DNA from: a virus
Direction: 5' to 3' (one strand)
Length of the DNA stretch: 64,000 nucleotides
Virus genome (UHGV): UHGV-0200554
The notes under the pieces are model-generated. The model saw nothing but the letters and a program-made list of their open reading frames with translations, made no database searches and was not told the origin of the DNA. Both the position numbers and the translations under genes were made by a program. Each line of letters opens with the position of its first letter. Positions within the stretch are counted from its first letter, which is position 1. Below are positions 44,631-54,737 of this stretch, piece by piece.

Positions 44631-45051
44631 ATGCAACGATAACATGGCGCGACCGGAGGGAGCGACATAATAACGCTGAGTGACAATAACACCCCCGTGT
44701 TATTATCCAGCATTATTATCTCGCTAATTTATGATTATCTCATAAATTAACATGTAATAATCCTCAGCGTTATTATGTCCTCCAATAACAATAAAAATTG
44801 TTATGGTAACGCTGAGTTATTACTATGTTAATAAAAGGGCATAAAGCCCGGTACTATGTACCATTAAATAATCTAAAACGATTACGTTTTCTCAGCGTTA
44901 TTGTGTCAAATGTTATGATAACAGTATATAATTATCTTGCTAACTTTCAGTATACATATTCCGCGTAGCGTCATGTGGAGCGTGTAGTAAACCTGTAGCA
45001 AGATAAGAATAACGCTGAGGTATTGTACCGTATGCAACGATAACATGGCGC
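44631..45051. repeat. 20-bp direct repeat ATGCAACGATAACATGGCGC (2 copies: 44631-44650, 45032-45051)
   Basis: Exact copies about 400 bp apart in AT-rich non-coding DNA. Confidence 0.7.
44669..45019. repeat. 12-bp motif AATAACGCTGAG, 5 copies in both orientations
   Basis: Copies at 44669, 44763 (inverted), 44807, 44891 (inverted), 45008. Confidence 0.7.
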
Positions 45052-45572
45052 AACTATAACAGGCCTAAAGAGTAAGATAAACAATAGTTTATGTGTATAA
45101 TCGGCGGGGCCTCCTGGCTGCGCTGTGTGAAACTATCATGTATGGAAACAGTCCAGGATGTTATGATTTCAGCATGGGATTGTGTGTTTTTGAATTGTGT
45201 ACGGGTAAACTGTGTGGGGTAAGTATAGGGGAAGTATAGGGGAAGTATAGGGGAAGTATAGGGGAAGTATGCCTAACAAATTTCGTTCTTTTTGTCAACA
45301 ATTTTTCTATGAAAGTGGTCCGACCAGTTATAAGATGCATCTACGGAGCATGTTATGTAGCTGGTATGGTAGTGTGCCAGTGCAATATGATGCCCGGTCA
45401 TAGCTTGTGTGGTGTACCTGTTACACCAGTAAATAGAATTAATAGCAGGCTAACTACTACAATGATTAATCTTTTAGTGCTGTAATAAACCGCAATTATT
45501 CTCCTTTCGATTGTTTTCGTTTCCTTTCGTTTCTTATCGTTTGAGCTGTGTTTTATTCCGCGTAGCGTCATG
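44959..45572. repeat. 17-bp direct repeat TTCCGCGTAGCGTCATG (2 copies: 44959-44975, 45556-45572)
   Basis: Exact copies; degenerate relatives near 44003 and 44281. Confidence 0.65.
45216..45270. repeat. tandem repeat, 11-bp unit GGGGAAGTATA, about 5 copies
   Basis: GGGGTAAGTATAGGGGAAGTATAGGGGAAGTATAGGGGAAGTATAGGGGAAGTAT. Confidence 0.85.
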
Positions 45573-45578
45573 CTGAGC

Positions 45579-45618
45579 TGTGGATAAGTCTGTGGATAAC
45601 CCTGCCTCCTGTGGATAA
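45579..45618. promoter_or_regulatory. cluster of three DnaA boxes (TGTGGATAA = complement of TTATCCACA)
   Basis: Perfect 9-mers at 45579-45587, 45591-45599, 45610-45618, same orientation. Confidence 0.65.
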
Positions 45619-46481
45619 CTGGCCTGCTATGCCTGCTGTGTGGTACTATTGAACTACTGTACAAATGATCATAAGTGCGTATAATCGGTGTTACGTATGA
45701 TGAACAATACGAAGTAATAATTATTCCCACATGAGAAGGCTTATCATTTACTTAAATGTTGCTGTGGAAAACTGTAACGCATGTTATTATTCAACCCCAC
45801 ACAATGAGGGCGTGAACAGTCCCCCCCTATAATCACTGTGTGCAACTATTAATCACTGTGAGTAACTACCATGCAATAACTAGGCCAATGGTCGCAAGGC
45901 CCCGGCTATCAATTGCGTAAACAGCCTCGATATTTGAGAATCATTCGCATTATGAGAAGGAGTCGCGTTTCGCCTGCCTAATACCTCAGATGTGAGTCTG
46001 GGTGTATCGGCCCCGCACTACCCCTGCTTCAGGACAGGACCTGCGGTCCGGTGACAACAACTTGTTGTGCACCATTGAGGATATTTGCCCCGGTTTGTAT
46101 GAATACCTCTTCAGGCTGTGTACCTCCCCGTAGGGGGGGTATGGTGAGAGGTAGTACGAATAAAAAAAAAATGAAGCCCTCTTCAGGCCTGTGATATTTG
46201 TGTGGCTGATATTTGTGGGGAATCCAGTATTTACGGGACTCCTGGACAGGGCGGGGAGGTATACACAAAGGAGGTATTATGTTAAAGATATGTTAAAATA
46301 TGTGGTGCTCTTTAGGCATTATTCTTCAATGAAATCAAGTGCTTAGGCTATGTGTGGGTATTTTCTGTGAATAATTGGCATGTTAATCGGATCAAAGAGG
46401 ATTAAAGAAGGGAAATGATTTGACTCTTCATGCCACTTGTGGTATATTTTCGATACTGGTAAAGGGGGTTCGGAGGTCAGG

Positions 46482-46856
46482 ATGTTTGAGTTCAAAGCTG
46501 ATGCTCAGGAGTTCTACAACAAAGTTGCTAAGCCTGTTGTGGAGTCTGTTCAGGAACACCCTGCAAGCAGACCTACTTCTGTGGGGATAAAAGGTGTTAG
46601 CAAGTACTACAGAGGTAAACATGTGTATTACAGGGCTTACATCTGGGTAACACGCCACACTGTGAACAAGCAGTTGATCAAAACGTTTAAAACTCTGGAA
46701 GAAGCTGTAGCTCAAAGGCAGGAATGGGAACAGGTGAAGGATATTTTGGACGGGAAAGTAGCGATGGTATTACCTTTTGAATGGGATATGGTGTATGCTT
46801 CTAAATACTGGGAAGTTTATCATGGAATGGCTCAGGAGCAGGATGAAGATTATTAA
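46482..46856 (+). CDS. AP2-domain DNA-binding protein (standalone)
   Basis: ORF track 46437..46856 trimmed to ATG 46482; GVSKYYRGKHVYYRAYIWV...TLEEAVAQRQEW resembles the AP2 repeats of the HNH-AP2 endonuclease at 14313. Confidence 0.45.
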   Translation: MFEFKADAQEFYNKVAKPVVESVQEHPASRPTSVGIKGVSKYYRGKHVYYRAYIWVTRHTVNKQLIKTFKTLEEAVAQRQEWEQVKDILDGKVAMVLPFEWDMVYASKYWEVYHGMAQEQDEDY

Positions 46857-47371
46857 TGGACCGTGAAGGTCCGGCATGTAATGCCAGTTTATGGAATGTA
46901 ATTTGTAGGCATGGAAGCTATTATTTTGCTTAGCTCTGTAATGATTAGCAGGCTGTGTGCTACAACCTTGTTGTACCTGAATCCTTAGGTTTCTAATGAT
47001 TAGTTTGCTAAGTATTTATATGTGCCTAACCCCCTACCCCCGGTTCTAGTCTCCCCAACAACGCTGGTACTTAAACTCTACCGTTATTGTGCCTTACTGC
47101 CCATATTACATCGCAGTTGGCTGGTCACTATAACCGCTCCCGCTCTCCAACCTCGACAAGCTCGTGCGATACTCCATTCATTCGGATGTTCACGCTGTTC
47201 ACTCAGTCGATATTCCCCTATCTCCTTCAATCCGAAGAGAGAGAAACCCAGAATCGTATTCTGGAAAAGAGAGAGAAGATCTAAATTATAGCAGGAGATG
47301 AGAGGAATTGCAATATGGAGGATACCTACCAGAATTGGTAGGCATATGTGGACAGCACTTATTGACAAAAA

Positions 47372-47599
47372 CTACTCCGTATCGATATCTACCTCTGTGC
47401 CTTCCTCAGGTACAGATAACATAGCCATCTGTAGAGCTTCCTCCCAGTTAGTGCGCTCAGCCTGAGCCACCAACTCATCCGGGTCTTTACCCAATGCTTC
47501 AGCTAACCGAGATACATAGAGTACACCAGGGAGAAGTTCAGGATCAAATTCAAGATAGAGAATCCCATCCCCATCTTCTGTGAAAAGCTCAAGTCGCAT
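47372..47599 (-). CDS. small acidic protein
   Basis: ORF track; first gene of minus-strand array. Confidence 0.5.
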   Translation of the reverse strand: MRLELFTEDGDGILYLEFDPELLPGVLYVSRLAEALGKDPDELVAQAERTNWEEALQMAMLSVPEEGTEVDIDTE

Positions 47600-47854
47600 A
47601 CTGGCTCCTTATGTTGACTTCATACAGGTTGTACGATGCCTAAAGAGTGAAATTACTTTGTCTCTTCAGGCAACAGAGCTTGCGATTGTTGTGGATGTGT
47701 GGGCAGAGAAGCTACATAGTAGTGAATAGCTCCACGACATACTACAACAGTATGCATATCATTGTGACCGCTCCAGCTACACACAATATAGCACTTATGA
47801 TTGCTAATGAGAACAGGCAGTAGCTGATAGCTGTGTCTGTAATATCACTTACCC

Positions 47855-48070
47855 TCATACGCTTCTCCTTGTTGCTCTTGCTACTTCAAAATAGTCTACA
47901 TATCTTGATTCTTGCAGGATACGATAGCCTTCCCTATCTGCGTCTTCGATTGTGTGGAAGCGATCTCCAAGCTCCATACGCTCACCAGATTGTAAAACAA
48001 TTATCAGCTTGTACATAGACCCTCCTTCATAATGCAAACTGATAATAGCACAGACAGGAGAAGGAGTCAA
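47855..48070 (-). CDS. hypothetical protein
   Basis: ORF track. Confidence 0.45.
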   Translation of the reverse strand: MTPSPVCAIISLHYEGGSMYKLIIVLQSGERMELGDRFHTIEDADREGYRILQESRYVDYFEVARATRRSV

Positions 48071-48312
48071 GCATAAACCGTGAAGAAAATAGATTATTTT
48101 CTGAGCAGTGAAGGTAAGGCTGGAAAAATTTTGGACAGCTCGCCGCTGGCGAGGAAATGTACAGACCCCCCCTAAAACGTAATAAGAGGGCCTGTAATGG
48201 GTTTTTAGGTTAGGGTAGGGTGTTTGCTCAAGTTCTTGCGAAAAATGCGTCAGAATTGCATCTAGGCCCCTTAAATTTGAAATCTGAGGTCTGTTTTTAG
48301 TCTTAGGGTCCT

Positions 48313-48528
48313 CTAAAAGTCCTCCCTTTCACGAAGTATTTTAGTGAACCCTTCAAGCCAGGTAGTGTCTGTGATCATATCAAGATCCTGTGCAAGTGCA
48401 CGTCTGACGTTCCTTTTATGCACCGCAGTTAGTGTTACCCAAAAGTCCAGAGGCATGTTGGCTAGACAAGAATTGTCGAAAGGGTAATTATGCACCTTAC
48501 CTTCAGAGCAGAGCACACTGAAATCCAT
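48313..48528 (-). CDS. hypothetical protein
   Basis: ORF track. Confidence 0.45.
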   Translation of the reverse strand: MDFSVLCSEGKVHNYPFDNSCLANMPLDFWVTLTAVHKRNVRRALAQDLDMITDTTWLEGFTKILREREDF

Positions 48529-48544
48529 TTGGCATCACCTCCGA

Positions 48545-48835
48545 TCACTTATGATCAGCGTCGTAGTCTTTCCAGGGGAGAAATTCGCAATCAAGGCCGG
48601 GGGCAACAACCTCACCAGTAGTAAGACCTTGCAGGAAGATAGTCTGCCCAGTTTCTGTAACGATGCATTCAAAATTCCTCTGATGGGCATAAAGCACCGT
48701 ATAGATCTCGCCGAGGTACAACCCTTTGATACCGCCTGTTTTTACGCACATGACGCTCATAAGAGGGTATAAACCTTCTTCACAAGTTAGTTTGCTCAGT
48801 TCTCTCATAGTGTATCTCATTGTGTCCTCCATCAT
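48545..48835 (-). CDS. hypothetical protein
   Basis: ORF track. Confidence 0.5.
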   Translation of the reverse strand: MMEDTMRYTMRELSKLTCEEGLYPLMSVMCVKTGGIKGLYLGEIYTVLYAHQRNFECIVTETGQTIFLQGLTTGEVVAPGLDCEFLPWKDYDADHK

Positions 48836-49140
48836 CCAAAAATTGTTTCGAGATAGGCAGCTCTGCGGTTTTTCGTGAAATCCTGCAAATCATTGAGATC
48901 GGCATCAGTCCTGGTACACAAAGACTCCCTGCATGTGTTCAGCCAATGCAGATCTATCATAACCTGACAGAAGTCCCTGGGTAGCATATTATCCATAACA
49001 TCCTTCTTGTCAAGGTTTGGGAAGATTTCATCGATAGTGCTATCATCGGGACTAATGATACTGAATGTTCTGTCAATACCTGTGCAGACAGCTACAAGTG
49101 TAGGGCTGTCACCAGGCAACAATTCGTGATCACGAGACAT
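48832..49140 (-). CDS. hypothetical protein
   Basis: ORF track; overlap coupling. Confidence 0.5.
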   Translation of the reverse strand: MSRDHELLPGDSPTLVAVCTGIDRTFSIISPDDSTIDEIFPNLDKKDVMDNMLPRDFCQVMIDLHWLNTCRESLCTRTDADLNDLQDFTKNRRAAYLETIFG

Positions 49141-49184
49141 GTAAACCTCAGATAAAGAAAAAGGGAGCCAAAGCTCCCTTCAGA

Positions 49185-49490
49185 TTATTCTGCTGAACGC
49201 TTGAAGAGGATATCAGTCTCTTCCATTGCGTCAACTTCGGCTTCCAGTTTCGCGCGACGTTTCTCTGATTCATATCTCTTATCGAATTCAGTAGCCACCA
49301 GTGACTTCAGGAATTTAGGAGAAATCAAGTGATCTTCTTTTTCCACCTTGATAATATCCTTCATTGCTTCCTTCATGTCTTTAATTTTCAACTGGAGATC
49401 AACCAGTTCTTCAACTGTTTTACGCAGACGTTCGCGTTCTGCTGGGTCAGCCGGAAGAGAAGTAAACAGTTCAACTTTAGTACGTGCCAT
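49185..49490 (-). CDS. hypothetical coiled-coil-like protein
   Basis: ORF track; charged heptad-like sequence. Confidence 0.5.
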   Translation of the reverse strand: MARTKVELFTSLPADPAERERLRKTVEELVDLQLKIKDMKEAMKDIIKVEKEDHLISPKFLKSLVATEFDKRYESEKRRAKLEAEVDAMEETDILFKRSAE

Positions 49491-49508
49491 CTTTAGAGGT
49501 CCCCTTTC

Positions 49509-49721
49509 TTAATCTAAAATGTCTACAATTTTGAAGTACTCTGGGCATTCGATTACATTCAGGCAGATGTAACGGCTATCACCATCGTCATCAATCGTAT
49601 AGAAAGCTAACTCACCGTCAACAGCTGGATGGTGGACGACGTAACCATCGTAGATTCCACCTTTAGTGAACCCCCAGTAATCACCGAGGCATTTCACTGC
49701 AAAGCAATCACCGTTTGTCAT
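49509..49721 (-). CDS. hypothetical protein
   Basis: ORF track. Confidence 0.45.
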   Translation of the reverse strand: MTNGDCFAVKCLGDYWGFTKGGIYDGYVVHHPAVDGELAFYTIDDDGDSRYICLNVIECPEYFKIVDILD

Positions 49722-49867
49722 TTCTTCAACTCCTCACGAATCCGGTCACAAACCACTTTCAGCAGATACGACACCCCAGCAAGTATCCCGCCAAGTACAA
49801 GGGATACACCGAAGATCATCAATAGGACATAGATATCTACCATGGAAACGTCCACAAGCCACCCCCC

Positions 49868-50125
49868 CTATCGAATACCTTTCAGGATATCTTCAAGTTT
49901 ATAGCCTTCGTCAATTGCATGGATAACTTCATCAGCTGTGTAGTAGTATTCTTTACACAAGCGGCAGGCTACAAACAGTTCACCACGAAGTTCCAGACGG
50001 CTGATATCAAACTCACTGAAACCCTGTTTACGAAGTTCTATCTTACACCATTCTACGGCAACCTTGCAAACAATAAACAGGATTAAGATTGCCAGAAGAA
50101 TGGCGGTCAAAGTACTGACTACCAC
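49868..50125 (-). CDS. membrane protein
   Basis: ORF track; N-terminal hydrophobic helix. Confidence 0.5.
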   Translation of the reverse strand: MVVSTLTAILLAILILFIVCKVAVEWCKIELRKQGFSEFDISRLELRGELFVACRLCKEYYYTADEVIHAIDEGYKLEDILKGIR

Positions 50126-50214
50126 AGAGTCCCCTTAGATTAGAATGATAAGTGCGATGACTGCTGCCGCTGTAATAGTTATTGTTCCTAAAAACAACTT
50201 CAGCATTTCTTTGT

Positions 50215-50523
50215 TCATGATATAATCTCCAAAATTTCATAACGGTTAGGTTTGAATATGAAGGCTTCTTCTTTTTGGTATTTGCTTTTTATCTTCTTGC
50301 CCCCTTTTTCTTTACGGCAGAAATAACAAATGATAACGTTATCTCTTACCATGTGGAACAGGATATCTTCTTCTGTCAACCCACAGGTAGAAAGGTCCTC
50401 GTAGGAGAGTGCTTTAGCTACAGATTCTTTGGTTGGGGTTTCACCAACAACTTCGTCACCTTCGTGAACCCCGTACTCTGCCAAAGCATCTCCCACACCA
50501 ATCAATCTAACTTTAACCAGCAT
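50215..50523 (-). CDS. hypothetical protein
   Basis: ORF track. Confidence 0.5.
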   Translation of the reverse strand: MLVKVRLIGVGDALAEYGVHEGDEVVGETPTKESVAKALSYEDLSTCGLTEEDILFHMVRDNVIICYFCRKEKGGKKIKSKYQKEEAFIFKPNRYEILEIIS

Positions 50524-50537
50524 GGGAGAGTCTCCTG

Positions 50538-50810
50538 CTATTCAACGATTTCGTAGCAATCACTGCAAACAATCATCGGGTCTGCTTCGAAGCCAGGGAT
50601 ATTTTCAAGAACGACCGCTTGGTTAAGAGTCAGCATAACCAGGAGAATACCAACATCTTCTTCTGCAACACCTAAGCTAAGCAGTTCTTCTTTATTCGGG
50701 TAGTGTGCATCAAGCACAGCACCTTCTTTGATCATACCAGACGCTTCAACCATTCCTTTCATGTCACTAGGCATCATGCAGTCTTCAACTTTAGTCAGGC
50801 GAATTTTCAT
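50538..50810 (-). CDS. small acidic protein, paralog family member
   Basis: MKIRL... start and ...YEIVE end shared with 51279..51551 and 50810..51103. Confidence 0.55.
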   Translation of the reverse strand: MKIRLTKVEDCMMPSDMKGMVEASGMIKEGAVLDAHYPNKEELLSLGVAEEDVGILLVMLTLNQAVVLENIPGFEADPMIVCSDCYEIVE

Positions 50811-51103
50811 TATTCGTCCTCCTCTTCTTCAACAACATCCCAGAAATCACCAGGGATAGCCAGACCTTTATCTTCATCACCGTTTGGGAAAATGAAAACA
50901 ACCCCTTCGAGGATCATCATCAGAGTGACCTGCTGTAATGCATCTTCACCAGGATCAGGATCTCCGTGAGAAGTGATCTCTTTCAACACATCTGCCGGAC
51001 TTGGGACAAATGCATCATGAATTTCACCATCTTTGATACCGAAGATTTTTGCTGTTTCTTCGTCTACACCTTTAAGCACTACTTTAAAATCTGGTTGACG
51101 CAT
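50810..51103 (-). CDS. small acidic protein, paralog family member
   Basis: Similar length and pattern; ends DVVEEEEDE. Confidence 0.5.
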   Translation of the reverse strand: MRQPDFKVVLKGVDEETAKIFGIKDGEIHDAFVPSPADVLKEITSHGDPDPGEDALQQVTLMMILEGVVFIFPNGDEDKGLAIPGDFWDVVEEEEDE

Positions 51104-51278
51104 TGTGAGTACCTTTTGTAAAAGGGCACATCCGCTGTGCCGATGAGTTAGGGAGGTAACTGCAAGTTTATCAGAGAAACTCTTTCAAAACTTTAGCTTG
51201 GGTGATCATAAAGACACCGTAAGCAAGAACTACAGGTGCTGTTACGACAGTTAAGAGATAAGCTACTGCCAACATGCT

Positions 51279-51551
51279 TTACTCCTCAACTACCTCGTAG
51301 TTTTCAGGTAAAACAATCAGGTTTTCACCACTACCCGGGGCATCAAAAGTAGCCATACCTTCCGGCAGGTGCAGTTCAACCAAAGTGAGCAGAGCTTCAC
51401 GTTCAGCTTCGCCCATACCTTCGAAAGTTTCGTCACCTAGGGCATCGCGAGCTACATCTTCCGGTGTAGGAATTTTAGCTTCTACGATCATACCTTCAGT
51501 CAGGCCGTGGATTGGATCAGCGATTTCAGTGTTCAGTAATTTAATTTTCAT
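51279..51551 (-). CDS. small acidic protein, paralog family member
   Basis: MKIKL... start and ...NYEVVEE end. Confidence 0.55.
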   Translation of the reverse strand: MKIKLLNTEIADPIHGLTEGMIVEAKIPTPEDVARDALGDETFEGMGEAEREALLTLVELHLPEGMATFDAPGSGENLIVLPENYEVVEE

Positions 51552-51917
51552 TAGAAGGTCCTCTTTTTGGGTAGAATTAATAGCCGTAGCCTAAGAAGTT
51601 AACAACAGCTATCAGGAAAATCATAACTAACAGACAAGCTATCTCTAAACGCATTACATGTTCTCTTTAGTTGGTAGTTATTTCTCTTGTTTGTAGTGTT
51701 CACGGAGGAGCTGGATTACAAAGTCCAGCCCTCCGATGATACCACAGACAAGGAAAGTATAGATGAGAAACATTAAAATCATGTCGTACATACTACACCA
51801 CCTTGCTGCTAGTGTCAAGTGCTTATTTGGAAAATAGGTGAATTATTTTTTACCTTTCCCGCCTTTGCCTTTGCCACCTTTTTTGCCACATGCCATACAC
51901 AATCTCCAGTTAGTTAA

Positions 51918-52238
51918 TTAAAAGTGGCCTTGCGCTAGTTTAATGAGCGCATCTGCCATTTGACGAACCGCTTTGGCGTGTTCCAAAGGCGAAAGTCCGT
52001 CTTCAGGATCGAAGCGTAATGCTTCCATTACTGCTTTCAGTTCACCATCTTCCGCATGGATTTCACCACGTACCGGAAGTGCCCCAGGACACGATTGGTC
52101 CATACTTTCTTCAACGTAATCAACACCAGCGATAAGACCAAATGCACCGTTGTTGTCGATAACAAGTTCTTGTTTCATCTTGGCACCCTCTTTGTTTCGA
52201 TGTGTGGTAACTATAACAGATTCAAATCGTGTTGTCAA
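51918..52238 (-). CDS. hypothetical protein
   Basis: ORF track; start may be the internal MKQEL. Confidence 0.45.
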   Translation of the reverse strand: MTTRFESVIVTTHRNKEGAKMKQELVIDNNGAFGLIAGVDYVEESMDQSCPGALPVRGEIHAEDGELKAVMEALRFDPEDGLSPLEHAKAVRQMADALIKLAQGHF

Positions 52239-52643
52239 CTACTTTTTAATCTCAATTTTGCCGTATGGAGGCATATCATCAAGATTACTGTTTTTAAGCA
52301 TTGTAGCACAATTTTTATCTGGTGTCCACTGTTTTTTATCATTGTCCCAATAATAAGGAGATCTGCTATCAGGATGTTTAATTATAAACACTTCAGGTGC
52401 TGTTGTCAAGTCAATTTTTTCAAAATCTACGTGGACTTTACCATTAAACCCGCCACGTTGATATCCACGGTCGAAATTTGATCTTGCAAATAAATATCCG
52501 GCTAACCAGCCAGCAGAGACACCATCCCCCGCGATGGCGTAGCCAATTACACGTTTTCTCTTCTGGTGGTCATCCTCAACATCCCAGGCATCTTCCACCA
52601 GAGTAGTTATTTTATACAGATTCACCTCTGTGGGCCTCCTCAT
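52239..52643 (-). CDS. hypothetical protein
   Basis: ORF track. Confidence 0.5.
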   Translation of the reverse strand: MRRPTEVNLYKITTLVEDAWDVEDDHQKRKRVIGYAIAGDGVSAGWLAGYLFARSNFDRGYQRGGFNGKVHVDFEKIDLTTAPEVFIIKHPDSRSPYYWDNDKKQWTPDKNCATMLKNSNLDDMPPYGKIEIKK

Positions 52644-52974
52644 AGTTCAGAATCATGGCATCTACAAACAACATCCGCATAACGTTGAGGTGTTTGTTCT
52701 TGCGGCTATAATACACGTATGCATCCCCGTTGTCAAACGGAAACTGTGTGTCACCATAAACTTTTTCCAGAGCATTTTCCAGCTCTTCCTGGAGCTGATA
52801 GTACGTCCCTGTATCAAGACCTTGATAAGAGGCATACTCAGCCAGGTTCCCACATAAACCGCGATGATCCTGGAACACAGGATCAGTGTCTTTAGCACCT
52901 CCCCATGCCCAGCTCCTGTACTCCATGTAAAACTGGTACATGAAGTCAGAAGGAATTACTGTCTCAATAACCAT
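52612..52974 (-). CDS. hypothetical protein
   Basis: ORF track. Confidence 0.5.
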   Translation of the reverse strand: MVIETVIPSDFMYQFYMEYRSWAWGGAKDTDPVFQDHRGLCGNLAEYASYQGLDTGTYYQLQEELENALEKVYGDTQFPFDNGDAYVYYSRKNKHLNVMRMLFVDAMILNYEEAHRGESV

Positions 52975-52983
52975 AACCCACCT

Positions 52984-53283
52984 CTACTCATCTACATATA
53001 TGAGCAGGATACGAGTATCCGGCACCCCAGTTACTTCCCAGTAGCCACCACCTGGATAAACTTTACCAAGCAGTACGCCGATATGGCGACGGATTTTCTC
53101 AACCATCTCTTCCATACGTTGTGCATCTTTGCGTCGGAACATGCGGAATGTGCCGTTTGACAAACGGTATTGGTATTCCATCATCTTATCGACTAATTCA
53201 GCTACACGGTTTACTACCGGATCGTCATCGAGGCCATCAAGTAAACGAACATGACGCATAACTCTCTCCTTACCAGCCTTCAT
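52984..53283 (-). CDS. hypothetical protein
   Basis: ORF track. Confidence 0.5.
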   Translation of the reverse strand: MKAGKERVMRHVRLLDGLDDDPVVNRVAELVDKMMEYQYRLSNGTFRMFRRKDAQRMEEMVEKIRRHIGVLLGKVYPGGGYWEVTGVPDTRILLIYVDE

Positions 53284-53331
53284 AGCGGATAATTGGTTGT
53301 GGGGGTTCAGGTGGACGTGGTTTATCGTCCT

Positions 53332-53595
53332 TTACAGCTTTTTTGGCGGTGCTGCCTTAGGCATATGAGCTTTAGTATGGATCTGGTCAGCAGTGTAATA
53401 CTGTGCACCCTGCTCTGTTAAAGCTCGGTCTTTCACATAGCAATCAGCAGCCCAAACGGCCTGTTCTTCACTATGCCATTTACGCTGACCATTTAGCCAA
53501 ATATCATGCCACATTGGGATAAAGCCAAGGTGAACTTTCTTCACCTGTGCCCTCCACCATACACCATCAAAGAAGATTTTAAATTCCACTTCCAT
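53332..53595 (-). CDS. hypothetical protein
   Basis: ORF track. Confidence 0.5.
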   Translation of the reverse strand: MEVEFKIFFDGVWWRAQVKKVHLGFIPMWHDIWLNGQRKWHSEEQAVWAADCYVKDRALTEQGAQYYTADQIHTKAHMPKAAPPKKL

Positions 53596-53867
53596 CAGTC
53601 ATCCTCCACCAGCTGTGCACCTGCCGGATAAATACCTGTTTCAACCCAAAGCTCACACTGAGCGTACCCTGGGATACGAGACAGCGAGCAAGGTTTAGAT
53701 GTAGTGTAGAAACGGCGTTCACCGTAACCGTTCTCCTGGAGGATCCAGAAACCTACGTCACCATCTCCAGGTATTTTCATGCCGTTCTCATCGAGCCACT
53801 CTATACTCCAGCGGCGATAAGCTACTGTGTGGAATTTACGTTTCTGCCACCAGTTAAAGAGCCACAT
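53595..53867 (-). CDS. hypothetical protein
   Basis: ORF track. Confidence 0.5.
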   Translation of the reverse strand: MWLFNWWQKRKFHTVAYRRWSIEWLDENGMKIPGDGDVGFWILQENGYGERRFYTTSKPCSLSRIPGYAQCELWVETGIYPAGAQLVEDD

Positions 53868-54048
53868 CTGTAACCTCCTCCAGCTTCACATAACGCCACG
53901 TACGGCTGTAGAGGGCACCAGCGTCATCAAGAGTATCACGGATGTACTCAGGAGTCGTGCCTTCTTTAAAAACGAGAACCCTGACCAGATGCCAGTCTTC
54001 GTCAATAGACATACGACCAGATATGATGAAAGTTGTTTCTGTAGGCAT
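53854..54048 (-). CDS. hypothetical protein
   Basis: ORF track. Confidence 0.45.
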   Translation of the reverse strand: MPTETTFIISGRMSIDEDWHLVRVLVFKEGTTPEYIRDTLDDAGALYSRTWRYVKLEEVTDVAL

Positions 54049-54245
54049 CAGAAGATCTCCTCTTCAAAAATACCTCTCTCAATAGCTTTTATCATAAGCT
54101 CTTTAGTGAAAGCAGAACCTTTCCCCTTACTTATATTTTCAGACCTACACACCATTACAATGTTTGGAGTGTCTGAGTGCACGATGTAATACAAACCATT
54201 CTGTTTGTTGAAGTAATAAGTGTCGTATTTAAATTTGTTAGCCAT
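54048..54245 (-). CDS. hypothetical protein
   Basis: ORF track. Confidence 0.45.
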   Translation of the reverse strand: MANKFKYDTYYFNKQNGLYYIVHSDTPNIVMVCRSENISKGKGSAFTKELMIKAIERGIFEEEIF

Positions 54246-54553
54246 TAGCGTCTACCTCTACCTTTTCTTTTTACTGCTTTCTTAGGTTTCTCAGCTTCAT
54301 CGTCTGCATTAAACATCTGCATGAGATGTGCCTGAGAATTCTTACCAAGGCCGGGTTTCTTCAAAGGATTATCATGTTCTTCAATGTCAATCTCTACTGA
54401 CTCAACCTCTCCGACCTTGTATGGCAATTCTAACAGAAGTTTACCATCCTTGTCAAATGTTTTTATAATAATTGTTTTCCCTTTTTCTTCTACCTCATAA
54501 CGGACACCCGCCGTATAGAAAAGTGTACCGTCATTATGATGGATCCACAGCAT
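54245..54553 (-). CDS. hypothetical protein
   Basis: ORF track; basic C-terminus. Confidence 0.5.
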   Translation of the reverse strand: MLWIHHNDGTLFYTAGVRYEVEEKGKTIIIKTFDKDGKLLLELPYKVGEVESVEIDIEEHDNPLKKPGLGKNSQAHLMQMFNADDEAEKPKKAVKRKGRGRR

Positions 54554-54737
54554 CGCCTTCCTCCTTCAACATCTGGTGGTAGATATCCATAATGGCATCG
54601 TATGCAACATCAAAACCTTGCTGACGCAGCATATCTTCCAGAGGAGACTCCATTGTTGGGTTGTAGTGACGAGCTACGATATCCCGATCCAGTTCGTCAA
54701 AAATGCGTTGGAATACCTCAAATTGCTCTTTTGTCAT
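54534..54737 (-). CDS. hypothetical protein
   Basis: ORF track. Confidence 0.45.
   Translation of the reverse strand: MTKEQFEVFQRIFDELDRDIVARHYNPTMESPLEDMLRQQGFDVAYDAIMDIYHQMLKEEGDAVDPS

Noticed and set aside
45216-45270. Possible CRISPR array (short tandem repeat)
   Set aside because: Units are only 11 bp, directly abutting with no spacers; no cas genes nearby.
45398-47368. ORF-track frames inside the repeat region and following gap (45398..45730, 46029..46268, 46428..46715, 47022..47291, 47084..47368)
   Set aside because: Overlap repeats, lack RBS and have low-complexity translations; treated as non-coding.
46860-48310. tRNA genes in non-coding gaps
   Set aside because: Looked for T-loop GTTCGA/GTTCAA motifs and cloverleaf-compatible stems by eye and found none convincing; a tRNAscan-type search is needed to exclude them.
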